Under the pieces are notes generated by a model. The model did no database searches. It had not been told where the DNA came from and was given only the letters and a program-made list of their open reading frames with translations. Of a DNA stretch of 64,000 nt, positions 37,931-46,700 are shown piece by piece (position 1 is the stretch's first letter; each line of letters begins with the position of its first letter). Location: contig CAWBLV010000001.1 in assembly GCA_963789735.1 (NCBI GenBank), forward strand, positions 85,822 to 149,821, read 5' to 3'. The position numbers and the translations under genes are program-made. The stretch comes from Candidatus Dormiibacterota bacterium (GTDB lineage: Bacteria > Chloroflexota > Dormibacteria > Aeolococcales > Aeolococcaceae).

Positions 37931-38742
37931 GGCTCAGACACTCCCTCCGGCGAGGCCGCCCGGGGCCAGTGCGCGTTCTTTCGAGGCTCCCGTGGTCATG
38001 TACTCGATGACGCTCTGACGGTCGAAGCCGCTCGCCGGCCCCTCCGCGACCATCCGTCCCAGGTGGAGGACCGCGATCCGGTCGGACACCTGGAAGACGT
38101 CATTGAGGTTGTGGGAGATCACCATCACCGCCAGACCACGGTCGCGGAGACGGCGCACCAGGTCGAGGACCATGGCAGTCTGGACCACACCGAGCGCCGC
38201 GGTGGGCTCGTCGAGGAGCACCACCTTGGAGTTCCACATCACCGCCTTGGCGACCGCCACCGACTGGCGTTGCCCGCCGGAGAGCGAAGCCACCGGCTGG
38301 CGGATGGAGCGCACCGTGGTGACCCGCAGGCTGCTGAGCGTCTCCCCTGCCGCGCGCTCCATGGAATCCTCGTCGAGGAGCCCGCGGCGGAGGCGCTCGC
38401 GGCCCAGGAACATGTTCTGGACGATGTCCAGGTTGTCGGCGAGCGCCAGGTCCTGGTAGACGGTCTCGATACCCAGGCCGGCAGCGTCGCGGGTGGTGCG
38501 AATGTGTACCGGACGACCCTCGAAGAAGATCTGCCCGTGGTCGATCTGATGGACCCCGGCGATGCAGCGGGTGAGCACCGACTTGCCGGCGCCGTTGTCA
38601 CCGCACAGCCCGGTGACCTGTCCGGCGGGCAGATCGAGGTTCACCTGGTAGAGCGCCTGGACCGCACCGAAGTGCTTGTCGATCCCCCGCAGCCGCAACA
38701 GTGGCTCCGACGAGGCACTCGCCGTTGCACTCGCCGCTGCGG
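37840..38742. repeat. direct repeat copy B (903 bp), paired with 35646-36548
   Basis: See copy A. Confidence 0.95.
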
Positions 38743-38773
38743 CAGTCGCAACCCCCGCGGGGTCCTGGTTCAT
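37934..38773 (-). CDS. sugar ABC transporter ATP-binding protein, copy 2 (single NBD)
   Basis: It is identical in amino acid sequence to copy 1 from AAASATASASSEPLL to the C-terminus. The start is the ATG at 38773. Confidence 0.85.
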   Translation of the reverse strand: MNQDPAGVATAAAASATASASSEPLLRLRGIDKHFGAVQALYQVNLDLPAGQVTGLCGDNGAGKSVLTRCIAGVHQIDHGQIFFEGRPVHIRTTRDAAGLGIETVYQDLALADNLDIVQNMFLGRERLRRGLLDEDSMERAAGETLSSLRVTTVRSIRQPVASLSGGQRQSVAVAKAVMWNSKVVLLDEPTAALGVVQTAMVLDLVRRLRDRGLAVMVISHNLNDVFQVSDRIAVLHLGRMVAEGPASGFDRQSVIEYMTTGASKERALAPGGLAGGSV

Positions 38774-38912
38774 CTCAGTCGCCTCAAAAGCAATGAGTCG
38801 TCAATGGCATTTACGCGACGGGCACGGCCCGGCACACGGCGATACGGGCACCGTGAACCCTGATCGGCCCACCCAGTCTCAAGGTGGATGCCGTCTGCCT
38901 GGGACAGGGCGA

Positions 38913-38940
38913 GCCGGGCCGCCCCGAAGGGCGACCCGGC
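38913..38940 (-). other. GC-rich stem-loop between the binding-protein gene and the first ATPase gene
   Basis: GCCGGGCCGCCC-cgaa-GGGCGACCCGGC forms a 12-bp stem. Its single mismatch becomes a G-U pair in the minus-strand transcript. No U-tract follows. Confidence 0.45.
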
Positions 38941-38984
38941 CGCTCCACTGAAAGAGGTCCTGTGAGGGACGCTCCGTCAGATGA

Positions 38985-40280
38985 CTACGAGATTCCGGCT
39001 GCCGAGCAAACCGACGCGCCGGCGATGGCGCAGATCGCGGATGCCTGGTCGAAGCCGTCCTTGACCACGGTGGACTCCATGTTCGCCGCCGTCACCCAGG
39101 TTGCCGACAACAGCGACGCCGGCTCCGAGATGGTCGAATCGGCGGGGTCAGTGGTGGTGCCGTTGAGGAGCGCCGAGGGAACCGTGTTGCCGGAGAGCAG
39201 GATGTCGGCCATCGCGACCGCGTCCTGAGCTTCCTTGTAGACCGGCTTGTACACGGAGCCGCACTGGTAGCCCTCGAGGATCCACGCCATACCCTGCGCG
39301 GTTGCGTCCTGCCCGGTCACAGTGATGTGCTTCGGCGGAACGCCATCATTCTTGAGATCTTCGATCACGGCGTTGCCGAGACCGTCGTTCGCAGTGATGA
39401 CCGCGTTGATGTTCGGGTGGGAGGTGTACTCCTGCTGGAAGATCGTGCCGCCCTCGGTGTTCGACCAACCGGGTGCGAAGTTCTCACCCACCAGGGTCAT
39501 GCCCTGGCTGTTGGTGGTACCGGCGGTGACGGTCTTCGCCGACTGGCCCCACACGACCTTGTTGTAGCCGTCCGCGAACGAGATCGCGTTCGGGTCGGTG
39601 TCCTCACCGCCGTTGAGCACGAACACCTGCGGCTTCGAGATCCCCCACGAGGTGACGCAGGAAAGGAAGCCGTTGCCGATGAGCTCGCCGACCGCTTCGT
39701 TGTTGAAGCTGACGTAGTAGGTCTTCGAGCCCTGGAAGGTTGCCCGGTCGTAGCTGATCAGGGTCACGCCCTTGGACTCGGCGAGCTGCGCGATTGCCTG
39801 TCCGGTGGGTCCGTCGAGCGGGCACATGATGAGGACCTTGGCGCCGAGGTTGATGTCCGCGGTCGCGTCGTCGAGCTCGGTCGCATCGCTGCCCTGAGCG
39901 TTGTCGATCCGGTACTGCGACTGCGTGAAGCCCGCGTCCGCCAGGGCGTCGTTGAGGTACGGCTGGTCGAAGTCGACCCAGCGTACGGACGATGTCGTGT
40001 CGGGGAGGATGACGCCGATCAAGAGGCTGTTTGCGCCCTTGGTGGCGTAGGCGGTCAGCGACTTGAGCTGACCCATGGTCGACGCGATGTCGGTGGTGAA
40101 CGAGCTGACGGAGATGCCCGACGGGACGCCGGGGTTCGAGACGGCCGGGCTCGAGGAGCCACCGGTCGAGGTGCTGCCGCAGGCTGCCACAACGAGGGCC
40201 GCGGTGCCCACGAGGGTTAGCTTGCTGGCTTTCGACAGATCACGGAGCCCCCGGCCCCTGATTCCATCTTGCAAGTGCAT
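38985..40280 (-). CDS. sugar ABC transporter substrate-binding lipoprotein
   Basis: The start is set at the ATG at 40280, 8 nt after a GGAGGG RBS. A signal sequence with the lipobox LVVAACGS is present, followed by a periplasmic-binding-protein type I fold pattern. Confidence 0.85.
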   Translation of the reverse strand: MHLQDGIRGRGLRDLSKASKLTLVGTAALVVAACGSTSTGGSSSPAVSNPGVPSGISVSSFTTDIASTMGQLKSLTAYATKGANSLLIGVILPDTTSSVRWVDFDQPYLNDALADAGFTQSQYRIDNAQGSDATELDDATADINLGAKVLIMCPLDGPTGQAIAQLAESKGVTLISYDRATFQGSKTYYVSFNNEAVGELIGNGFLSCVTSWGISKPQVFVLNGGEDTDPNAISFADGYNKVVWGQSAKTVTAGTTNSQGMTLVGENFAPGWSNTEGGTIFQQEYTSHPNINAVITANDGLGNAVIEDLKNDGVPPKHITVTGQDATAQGMAWILEGYQCGSVYKPVYKEAQDAVAMADILLSGNTVPSALLNGTTTDPADSTISEPASLLSATWVTAANMESTVVKDGFDQASAICAIAGASVCSAAGIS

Positions 40281-40370
40281 CAGAGCTTTGCCCTCCAAAC
40301 CGGACCCTTCGTTTTATGACTCCGTCCGCTCCGGTAGCGGCAGGCGTCTCCACCAAACCTCTGTAGGCAG

Positions 40371-40407
40371 GTTCCGGATGGAACGTTAATTGAGAAGGGT
40401 TTGTCAA
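40371..40407 (-). promoter_or_regulatory. candidate promoter/operator of the ABC operon: TTGACA (40407-40402), then 17 nt, then the inverted repeat GTTCC-N4-GGAAC (40384-40371)
   Basis: The hexamer and palindrome are read directly. The -10 position falls inside the palindrome, and GTTCCA is a poor -10. Confidence 0.25.
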
Positions 40408-40418
40408 CTCCTCGAACG

Positions 40419-40445
40419 AAAAATCACCCTAACGGGGGATTTTTT
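40419..40445 (-). terminator. A-tract / hairpin / T-tract element, a likely intrinsic terminator after the SDR gene (bidirectional in form)
   Basis: The plus strand reads AAAAATCACCC-taac-GGGGGATTTTTT. It begins about 35 nt downstream of the SDR stop at 40480. The stem has one internal mismatch. Confidence 0.55.
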
Positions 40446-40479
40446 GTGCCCCGCGCCTCTGGACGCCCGTTCAGGAGGG

Positions 40480-41250
40480 CTATTCCTGCTCCGTCGGACG
40501 GACGAGAATCTCGTTGATCGCGACGTGGCGTGGCCTCGACACGATATACCCGATCGCGTCGGCGATGTCCTCCGCGGCAAGCCGTTCCAGGCTGCCGAAC
40601 CGCTCCCGGATGGCGGCCTGGATCACGGGTCGGTTGTGCGACGAAAGCTCGGTGGCGACCGCTCCCGGCTCGACGAGAGACACCCGGACGTGGCGGGCCG
40701 TTACCTCTTTCCGCAAGGCGTCACTGAACGCGCCGACCCCGTGCTTGGTGGCGTTGTAGACGCCGCTGCCGCTCCGGGTCTCGCGGCCTGCAACCGAGCT
40801 GATGTTGACCACGTCCGAGACCTGGCGTGGACCGTCCTCGGCGGCCCGGAGCAGATGTGGCAGCCCAGCGTTCGTGCAGTAGAGCAAGCCCATGAGGTTG
40901 ATCTGGACCATCTGCTCCCACTCCTCCACCGGTGCGCCGACGACCGGGCCGAGCAGCATCACGCCGGCATTGTTCACGAGCGTGTCGAGCCGTCCAAGCG
41001 CCTCGACCGTCTGCGCAACCGCGCGCTCCGCCTCGGCTCGGATTGTCACGTCGGCCGTGATCACCTCGACTCCTGCGCCGTCCGCGCGGAGTCGCGTTGC
41101 CAGGCCTTCCAGGCGATCCGTCCGGCGTGCGACGAGCGCGACCTCGGCACCGAGGCCTGCGAGCTCAATAGCGGTCGCTTCACCGATGCCGCTCGACGCG
41201 CCGGTCACCAGCGCGACCGTGCCCTCCAGCCTGTCTCCGACCACTGCCAT
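40480..41250 (-). CDS. SDR family NAD(P)-dependent oxidoreductase
   Basis: The start is set at the ATG at 41250. Motifs seen are VTGASSGIGEA, NNAG and YNATKHGV. Confidence 0.85.
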   Translation of the reverse strand: MAVVGDRLEGTVALVTGASSGIGEATAIELAGLGAEVALVARRTDRLEGLATRLRADGAGVEVITADVTIRAEAERAVAQTVEALGRLDTLVNNAGVMLLGPVVGAPVEEWEQMVQINLMGLLYCTNAGLPHLLRAAEDGPRQVSDVVNISSVAGRETRSGSGVYNATKHGVGAFSDALRKEVTARHVRVSLVEPGAVATELSSHNRPVIQAAIRERFGSLERLAAEDIADAIGYIVSRPRHVAINEILVRPTEQE

Positions 41251-41301
41251 GGCCGAATACAGTGCCACAGGCGTGCCGGTCGATCGTGTCAGAGTCGGCG
41301 G

Positions 41302-41733
41302 ATGGACAGCGACGGATACGGATATGCACCCGACGATCGCGGCACGGGCCGGCTGCTCGACGACTTGCGCACCCTGTCGCCTTCGGCGATCGAGCGAGTA
41401 GCGCACGGCTGGGAAACGCATGCGCTTCCCCATATCGAGCGCTATCACAAGGCGGAGACGGCCGCGCTGGCGGCGATCGAGGGCGCTCACCGCACCTCGG
41501 ACTGGGAGGCGTTGCAGCGCCAGATCCTCGACCTCACGGAGGGCCGCAGCTCGCTCGTGTCGTGGAAGGTCGAACACGGTGAGAAAGGTCATCACGCCGA
41601 GTCCGCCGCGCTCGGAGCCGCGCTTGCGCTGCATGCCGCCGGTTTCCTGGACGCGGCCGACACGACCGTGCTCGCGCGTCCCATGGCCGAGGCGCTCCCC
41701 TGGCTGCTCAGCCTGCCGGGTGGTCCCGCCTAG
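41302..41733 (+). CDS. hypothetical protein (helical, 143 aa)
   Basis: Only this tail of the 40390-41733 ORF lies outside the antisense SDR gene. It has an ATG start at 41302 and I recognised no family. Confidence 0.4.
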   Translation: MDSDGYGYAPDDRGTGRLLDDLRTLSPSAIERVAHGWETHALPHIERYHKAETAALAAIEGAHRTSDWEALQRQILDLTEGRSSLVSWKVEHGEKGHHAESAALGAALALHAAGFLDAADTTVLARPMAEALPWLLSLPGGPA

Positions 41734-42723
41734 TCAGTCGGTGGCGAGCGGGCGGCACTCCACCATGAAGTGCGACAAGCCCTCGGCTGCAGCGACCACC
41801 TCGAGGCCCGCTTCGCGCGCGAGCACGCGGAACTCCGACAAGGTGTTGTGGTGGCCGCCAACCAGCAGCATGTCGATGCTGAGCGGCCTGGCTTCTCCGT
41901 CCGGAGAGACACCACCAATGATGGCGACGGCCCCTGACGGGCGCGCTGCATCCGCGCATCGACGCAGGATCGCCACGGTTTCCCGATCCGGCCAGTCGTT
42001 CAGCACTTTCCGCAACAGATAGAGGTCGGCGCCCGCCGGGAGCGGGTCGAAAAAACTCTGCGGCACAACCGTGACGCGGTCGCTCACGCCCGCGGCGTCG
42101 AATGTCGCCGCAGATCGCGCAACGGTGGCCGGAAGATCCACAAGAATCCCGCGGAGCGCCGGCCGTGCACGCAGGAGCTCAGCGAGCATCGCTCCGGTTC
42201 CGCCGCCAACATCGACGACCGTGCGCACGTTGGTCCAGCCGCCGCTGAGCTCGAGCGACGCGTCGGGAGTGCCGTGACCCGTGTAGCTCATGAGCGCGTC
42301 GAACTCGGCGCCAATCTCGGGATGCTCGGCAAGGTCATCCCAGTACGGTTTTCCGAAGACCTCTGCGTATGCCGGCTTTCCGGTGCGCACAAACGACGGG
42401 AGCGTGCTCCACACCTGCGTCATGCGTCCACCGATGCCGTCGAGACTGAGAAACATGCCGGCCTCAAGCAGGCCGCGCGAGGTGTCGTTCAGCGCGAAGT
42501 GGCCGAGGGGCAACTCGACAAAGATGCCTTTTTCGGACAGATACGAGAGCACGCTGTGCAAGACGACCGCATCCGAGGACGTCGCTGCGGCGAGGCCGTC
42601 GATATCGGTGATGCCCGCGTCGATGTGCTCGGCGATGTGCAATGTCACCGCGACGCGGATGCACCATGGCGTGCCGAGGTCGCTCAGCGTCCAGAGGTCG
42701 AGGGGCTGCTCGGTGTTCGCCAT
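41734..42723 (-). CDS. SAM-dependent O-methyltransferase (Methyltransf_2 type with an N-terminal dimerisation/wHTH domain)
   Basis: Motifs seen are VVDVGGGTGAMLAELL, ILVDLP and LLRKVLNDWPD. The start is set at the ATG at 42723. Confidence 0.8.
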   Translation of the reverse strand: MANTEQPLDLWTLSDLGTPWCIRVAVTLHIAEHIDAGITDIDGLAAATSSDAVVLHSVLSYLSEKGIFVELPLGHFALNDTSRGLLEAGMFLSLDGIGGRMTQVWSTLPSFVRTGKPAYAEVFGKPYWDDLAEHPEIGAEFDALMSYTGHGTPDASLELSGGWTNVRTVVDVGGGTGAMLAELLRARPALRGILVDLPATVARSAATFDAAGVSDRVTVVPQSFFDPLPAGADLYLLRKVLNDWPDRETVAILRRCADAARPSGAVAIIGGVSPDGEARPLSIDMLLVGGHHNTLSEFRVLAREAGLEVVAAAEGLSHFMVECRPLATD

Positions 42724-42752
42724 CGAATCGATGGTAGCGCCCGGAAAGCCCG

Positions 42753-45119
42753 CTACTCGCTGACCAATTCGTAGTCCGGATTGAGAATTGCCAGCCGTCG
42801 CGTCCACGACCCCACCATGCCCTCGACGATGAGGCGCGCGCCCGGCTCGATGCCGGGGATCTTCGGCCGGCCCTGGAAGACGAGCAGGAGAATTCCCGTG
42901 TCATCCGTGATCTCGCACTCGAGGTTGGCCGTTCCTTTGGCAGTCTGCACTCGCAGCGATCGGATGCGTCCGGCGACGCGCACGCGCGTGCGCCACGTGA
43001 TGTCACTGATCGGGATGGTACCCGTCGCTCGGCGCGCGAGCTCGCGATCGACTCCGGCGCCGCGCATCGGCTTGCGCCGGTAATCCGGCCGGCCGGGGTG
43101 TGTGTGGGGGCGGAACCGGCGTCGTTGCGCAGCCTCGAGGTTGAACGGAACGATTGTTGCCGCCACATGCGCGACACCGCCCACCGCATCCGCGATGCGA
43201 TCGGCCGTGCGGTCGTGGAGCACACGCTCGAGGCGTGAATGAAAGGTGCGACGCGGGAGCAGTACCGTGCACTCGGTCTTGCCGTCGGCCACGACATCAG
43301 CCACGTATTCGAGGGCCGCTCGTTCGAGGCGCCGATCGCGACATTCGAGGATGTCGAGCGGCAGATGCGCGAGACCGAGTCTGCCCCACTCATCTTTCAG
43401 CTCTTCGGTGGCCGCGGCATCGATGTTGAAATGCACCGCGCGAAGCTCGTCCGGCCGGAGCGTGCGCGCGTACTGCACCGCTCGTGCAGCCGCCATGTCG
43501 AGCTGGCCGACGAGCACCAGCACGACGTGTCGTTGCAACACCGGCGCCTCCGCGGCGGCGGCTGCACCGGTCTCCAGTTGCTTCTCCTCGGCGACGTACT
43601 GCCGGTGCAGGCGGATGAGCCCGTAGTACATCGGTGGGCCGATGACGGCGACGATCCACGCGCCCTCAAAGAATTTCGTGACGAGCAGGATGCCGACCAC
43701 GGCGACCGAAAGCGCACCTGCGAAGCCGTTGATGACGGCACCGATCTGCCATCGTCGCCCACGCAACCGCAGATGATGCTTGAGCATGCCGAAACCTGCA
43801 AACGAGAATCCCGTGAACACCCCGATGGCGTAGAGGCCGACGAGCGCGTCGAGCTGCGCCTTGAAAACGATGATGAGCAGGATGGCCACCGCAGCCAGGA
43901 CGAAAATGCCGTTGGAGAACGCGAGCCGGTGACCGCGCTTGGTCAGCTGACGCGGGAGGAACGAATCCCCCGCAACGAAGCTCGCGAGATACGGAAAACC
44001 ATTGAAGCTCGTGTTGCCGCCGGTGAACAGGATCATCACCGTCGCGGCCTGCACCACATAGAAGAGGGCTGTTCCGACCCACGTGTTGCCGAGCACGTAC
44101 GAGACCTCTTGCGACACGACAGTCGGGCTGCCGCTGAGATACGGGACCGCGTGAGTCCAGTGCGCGAGCAACGAGGTGCCGAGGACGAGGAACCCGAGGA
44201 TCCCGCACATGACCAGCAGTGCAGTGCGTCCATGGCGCGCTTCGGGCTTGCGGAAGCTCGAGATCCCGTTCGACACTGCCTCGAGCCCGGTGAGTGACGA
44301 TCCGCCGTTGGCAAATGCACGGAGGCAATAGAAGATGCCCAGTCCCATCAGGAACCCTCGCTGCGTGCCGACGGGATACCCGAGCGCAGCCGCGCTGGGG
44401 AGTGCGTGTGCATGAAGGCCGCCGAGCGCTTCTTTGACAAACCCCGTGACCACGACCAGCGAGAGAGAGACGACGTAGAAATACGTGGGGATCGCGAAGA
44501 TGGATCCGGCCTCGCGGATGCCGCGCAGGTTGCCGTACAGCATGATCAGCACCACGGCGATCGTGATGGGGACCGTGTATGGCGTCAGCCCTCGAAATGC
44601 CGATGTCAGGGCGGCAGTGCCGGCAGATGTCTGCACTGCGACCGTCACCGTATAGTCGATGAGCAGGGCCACCGCGGCCACCTGCGCGATGTTTGGGCCG
44701 AAGTTGTCCCGAGCAACCACGTAGGAGCCGCCGCTCTTCGTATACACGCCGATGACCTGGATGTACGAGACCATCACGAAGACCATCACCGCGAGAATCG
44801 CGAGCGTGATCGGAATCACCATCGAGAACGCCGCCAGGCCGATGATCGGCACCATGACGACGAGCATTTCCTCGGTGCCGTACGCGGACGAGGAGATCAT
44901 GTCCGGGGCGAGCACGCCGATCGCCACCGGCGTCGAGAGACGCTCCTGCGTCAGGTTCTCGGACACGATCGGCGGCCCGAGGATGCGATTCTTCAGCCGG
45001 TACGCCCAGGACTCGGGATAGGTCCCAGCACCGGACGGTCCGGCAGCCTCAGGGGCGAGTGGGCGTGATGAGGCCATTGGAACCTTCTGTGGGTCTTCCA
45101 CGGCCGCAGTATGGCCCAT
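42753..45119 (-). CDS. APC-superfamily permease with a long cytoplasmic C-terminal region ending in an OB-fold domain
   Basis: About 12 TM segments are followed by roughly 300 soluble residues. The last ~75 residues (RVRVAGRIRSLRVQTAKGTANLECEITDDTGILLLVFQGRPKIPGIEPGARLIVEGMVG) fit the tRNA-anticodon-type OB-fold pattern. The start is uncertain, either 45119 or 45077. Confidence 0.8.
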   Translation of the reverse strand: MGHTAAVEDPQKVPMASSRPLAPEAAGPSGAGTYPESWAYRLKNRILGPPIVSENLTQERLSTPVAIGVLAPDMISSSAYGTEEMLVVMVPIIGLAAFSMVIPITLAILAVMVFVMVSYIQVIGVYTKSGGSYVVARDNFGPNIAQVAAVALLIDYTVTVAVQTSAGTAALTSAFRGLTPYTVPITIAVVLIMLYGNLRGIREAGSIFAIPTYFYVVSLSLVVVTGFVKEALGGLHAHALPSAAALGYPVGTQRGFLMGLGIFYCLRAFANGGSSLTGLEAVSNGISSFRKPEARHGRTALLVMCGILGFLVLGTSLLAHWTHAVPYLSGSPTVVSQEVSYVLGNTWVGTALFYVVQAATVMILFTGGNTSFNGFPYLASFVAGDSFLPRQLTKRGHRLAFSNGIFVLAAVAILLIIVFKAQLDALVGLYAIGVFTGFSFAGFGMLKHHLRLRGRRWQIGAVINGFAGALSVAVVGILLVTKFFEGAWIVAVIGPPMYYGLIRLHRQYVAEEKQLETGAAAAAEAPVLQRHVVLVLVGQLDMAAARAVQYARTLRPDELRAVHFNIDAAATEELKDEWGRLGLAHLPLDILECRDRRLERAALEYVADVVADGKTECTVLLPRRTFHSRLERVLHDRTADRIADAVGGVAHVAATIVPFNLEAAQRRRFRPHTHPGRPDYRRKPMRGAGVDRELARRATGTIPISDITWRTRVRVAGRIRSLRVQTAKGTANLECEITDDTGILLLVFQGRPKIPGIEPGARLIVEGMVGSWTRRLAILNPDYELVSE

Positions 45120-45174
45120 GCCGAACTTGGCAGCGGCATCGCCCGATGCCTGATCGACCTGCTTGAATGAACCG

Positions 45175-45861
45175 ATGCACATCGTCATCGTCGGCTGCGG
45201 GAGGGTCGGCTCCGGGCTCGCCCGAGCCCTCGAGGCCGAGGGTCACTCGGTCGCCGTGATCGATCGAAACCGCAAAGCCTTTCGCCGGTTGCCGGCCGAT
45301 TTCAAGGGCATCGTCGTTGAGGGATCGGGGTTTGATCGCGATGCACTGCATGACGCGCGCATCGAGGACGCGGACGCCGTGGCCGCCGTGACCTCCGGTG
45401 ACAACTCCAATATTCTCAGCGCCAGAATCGCCCGAGAGACCTTCGGCGTCGAGCGCGTGGTGGCGCGCATCTACGACCCGCAGCGCGCCCAGGTCTATCA
45501 GCGTCTTGGCATCCCGACGGTGGCAACGGTGACGTGGACGGTCGACCAGGTCCGCAGCTGGCTGCTTCCTGAGGACTTCACCCCGCACTGGCGCGACGCC
45601 ACCGGGATGCTCCTCCTGATCGACCGCGTCCTGCCCGAGCACCTCGCCGGCCAGAAGCTGTCCGTCCTCGAATCCGAGGGCAGGATCCGGCTCGTCGCCG
45701 TCACTCGCGCCGGCGTCCCGCGGCTCGACGCGACCGGCCTGGTCGGGCAGGACGGCGACCTGCTCCATCTCGTCTTGATGAAAGACGACGTTCCCGCGCT
45801 CGAGGCGTTGCTTGCCCCGCCGCCACCGGTCGCCGTGGCCTCCGCAATCAAGGCCCACTGA
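45175..45861 (+). CDS. trkA: TrkA/RCK family protein (N- and C-domains), first of a pair
   Basis: MHIVIVGCGRVGSGLARALEAEGHSVAVID is a Rossmann TrkA_N pattern, and a TrkA_C tail follows. The start is set at the ATG at 45175. Confidence 0.85.
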   Translation: MHIVIVGCGRVGSGLARALEAEGHSVAVIDRNRKAFRRLPADFKGIVVEGSGFDRDALHDARIEDADAVAAVTSGDNSNILSARIARETFGVERVVARIYDPQRAQVYQRLGIPTVATVTWTVDQVRSWLLPEDFTPHWRDATGMLLLIDRVLPEHLAGQKLSVLESEGRIRLVAVTRAGVPRLDATGLVGQDGDLLHLVLMKDDVPALEALLAPPPPVAVASAIKAH

Positions 45862-46556
45862 TGAAGGTGGCGGTCGCGGGTGGCGGCAGCGTCGGCATGG
45901 CCGTCGCCGCGGATCTCAAGGTGCACGGGCACGACGTCTTCATCATGGAAGTCGACCCTGAGCAGGTTGCGCGCTTTCAGCCGCACGTCGACGTCCGCTG
46001 GGTGGTCGCCGACGCCTGCGAGGTCTCCTCGCTCAAGGCTGCCGGCATGGCCGAGGTCGATGTGATGGTCGCCGCCACGGGCGACGACGAGGACAATCTC
46101 GTCATCTCGCTGCTGTCGAAGCAGGAATTCGCGGTGCCGCGAGTCATCGCCCGCGTGAACAACGCGAGCAACCAGTGGCTGTTCACCGAGAGTTGGGGCG
46201 TTGACGTCCCGGTCTCGACACCGCAGCTGTATACCGCGCTCGTCGAGGAGGCAGTGTCGATCGGTTCGCTCGTGCATCTCATGAGCTTCGAGGGCGCGTC
46301 GGCGCACCTGCTCGAGGTCACACTCGCAGACGAGTCGCCGGCATGCGGTCTGTCCATCGCCGAACTCGGGCTGCCACGTGAGTCGGCGATCGTCGCCATC
46401 GTTCGGCGCGACCACATGATCATCCCCGACCCGGAGACGCTCCTCTACGCGGCGGACGAGGTCATCGTCCTGGCCATGGTCGAAAGCGAGCGCGCCATCC
46501 AGGCGATCCTGGTGGGCGATGCACCCGCAGGCGCCCCGGCCCCGACCCTGAAATAA
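45861..46556 (+). CDS. trkA: TrkA/RCK family protein, second of the pair
   Basis: MKVAVAGGGSVGMAVAADLKVHGHDVFIME is followed by a TrkA_C tail. It overlaps the upstream stop. Confidence 0.85.
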   Translation: MKVAVAGGGSVGMAVAADLKVHGHDVFIMEVDPEQVARFQPHVDVRWVVADACEVSSLKAAGMAEVDVMVAATGDDEDNLVISLLSKQEFAVPRVIARVNNASNQWLFTESWGVDVPVSTPQLYTALVEEAVSIGSLVHLMSFEGASAHLLEVTLADESPACGLSIAELGLPRESAIVAIVRRDHMIIPDPETLLYAADEVIVLAMVESERAIQAILVGDAPAGAPAPTLK

Positions 46557-46700
46557 CCCGCGGCGCCGCGCAGGCGTCCCGGCGCGGTAACGCTTTGGTT
46601 GCCAAGACTGCAACGGATCGCCGTTTCGCGGTCCGCATCCGGAGCACGGGTGCAAGGTCTCCTCATCGAGCCACTCTGGGGCTCCTCTCGAGGCGACTGC

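Noticed and set aside
35646-38742. The tandem repeat as a mobile element or IS-mediated duplication.
   Set aside because: There is no transposase, no terminal inverted repeats and no target-site duplication. The repeat ends fall inside ordinary transporter genes.
34546-38863. Two long plus-strand ORFs (656 aa and 793 aa) across the ABC transporter region.
   Set aside because: They are antisense to the permease and ATPase genes, whose motifs are unambiguous. Both are rich in Asp/Glu/Arg/His/Gly repeats with no recognisable domain. Their internal similarity only mirrors the 903-bp repeat.
40390-41301. The front two-thirds of the 447-aa plus-strand ORF 40390-41733.
   Set aside because: It is antisense to the SDR gene (TGASSGIG and YNATK motifs) and to the terminator region. 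Only the non-overlapping tail from ATG 41302 is kept, as a low-confidence hypothetical protein.
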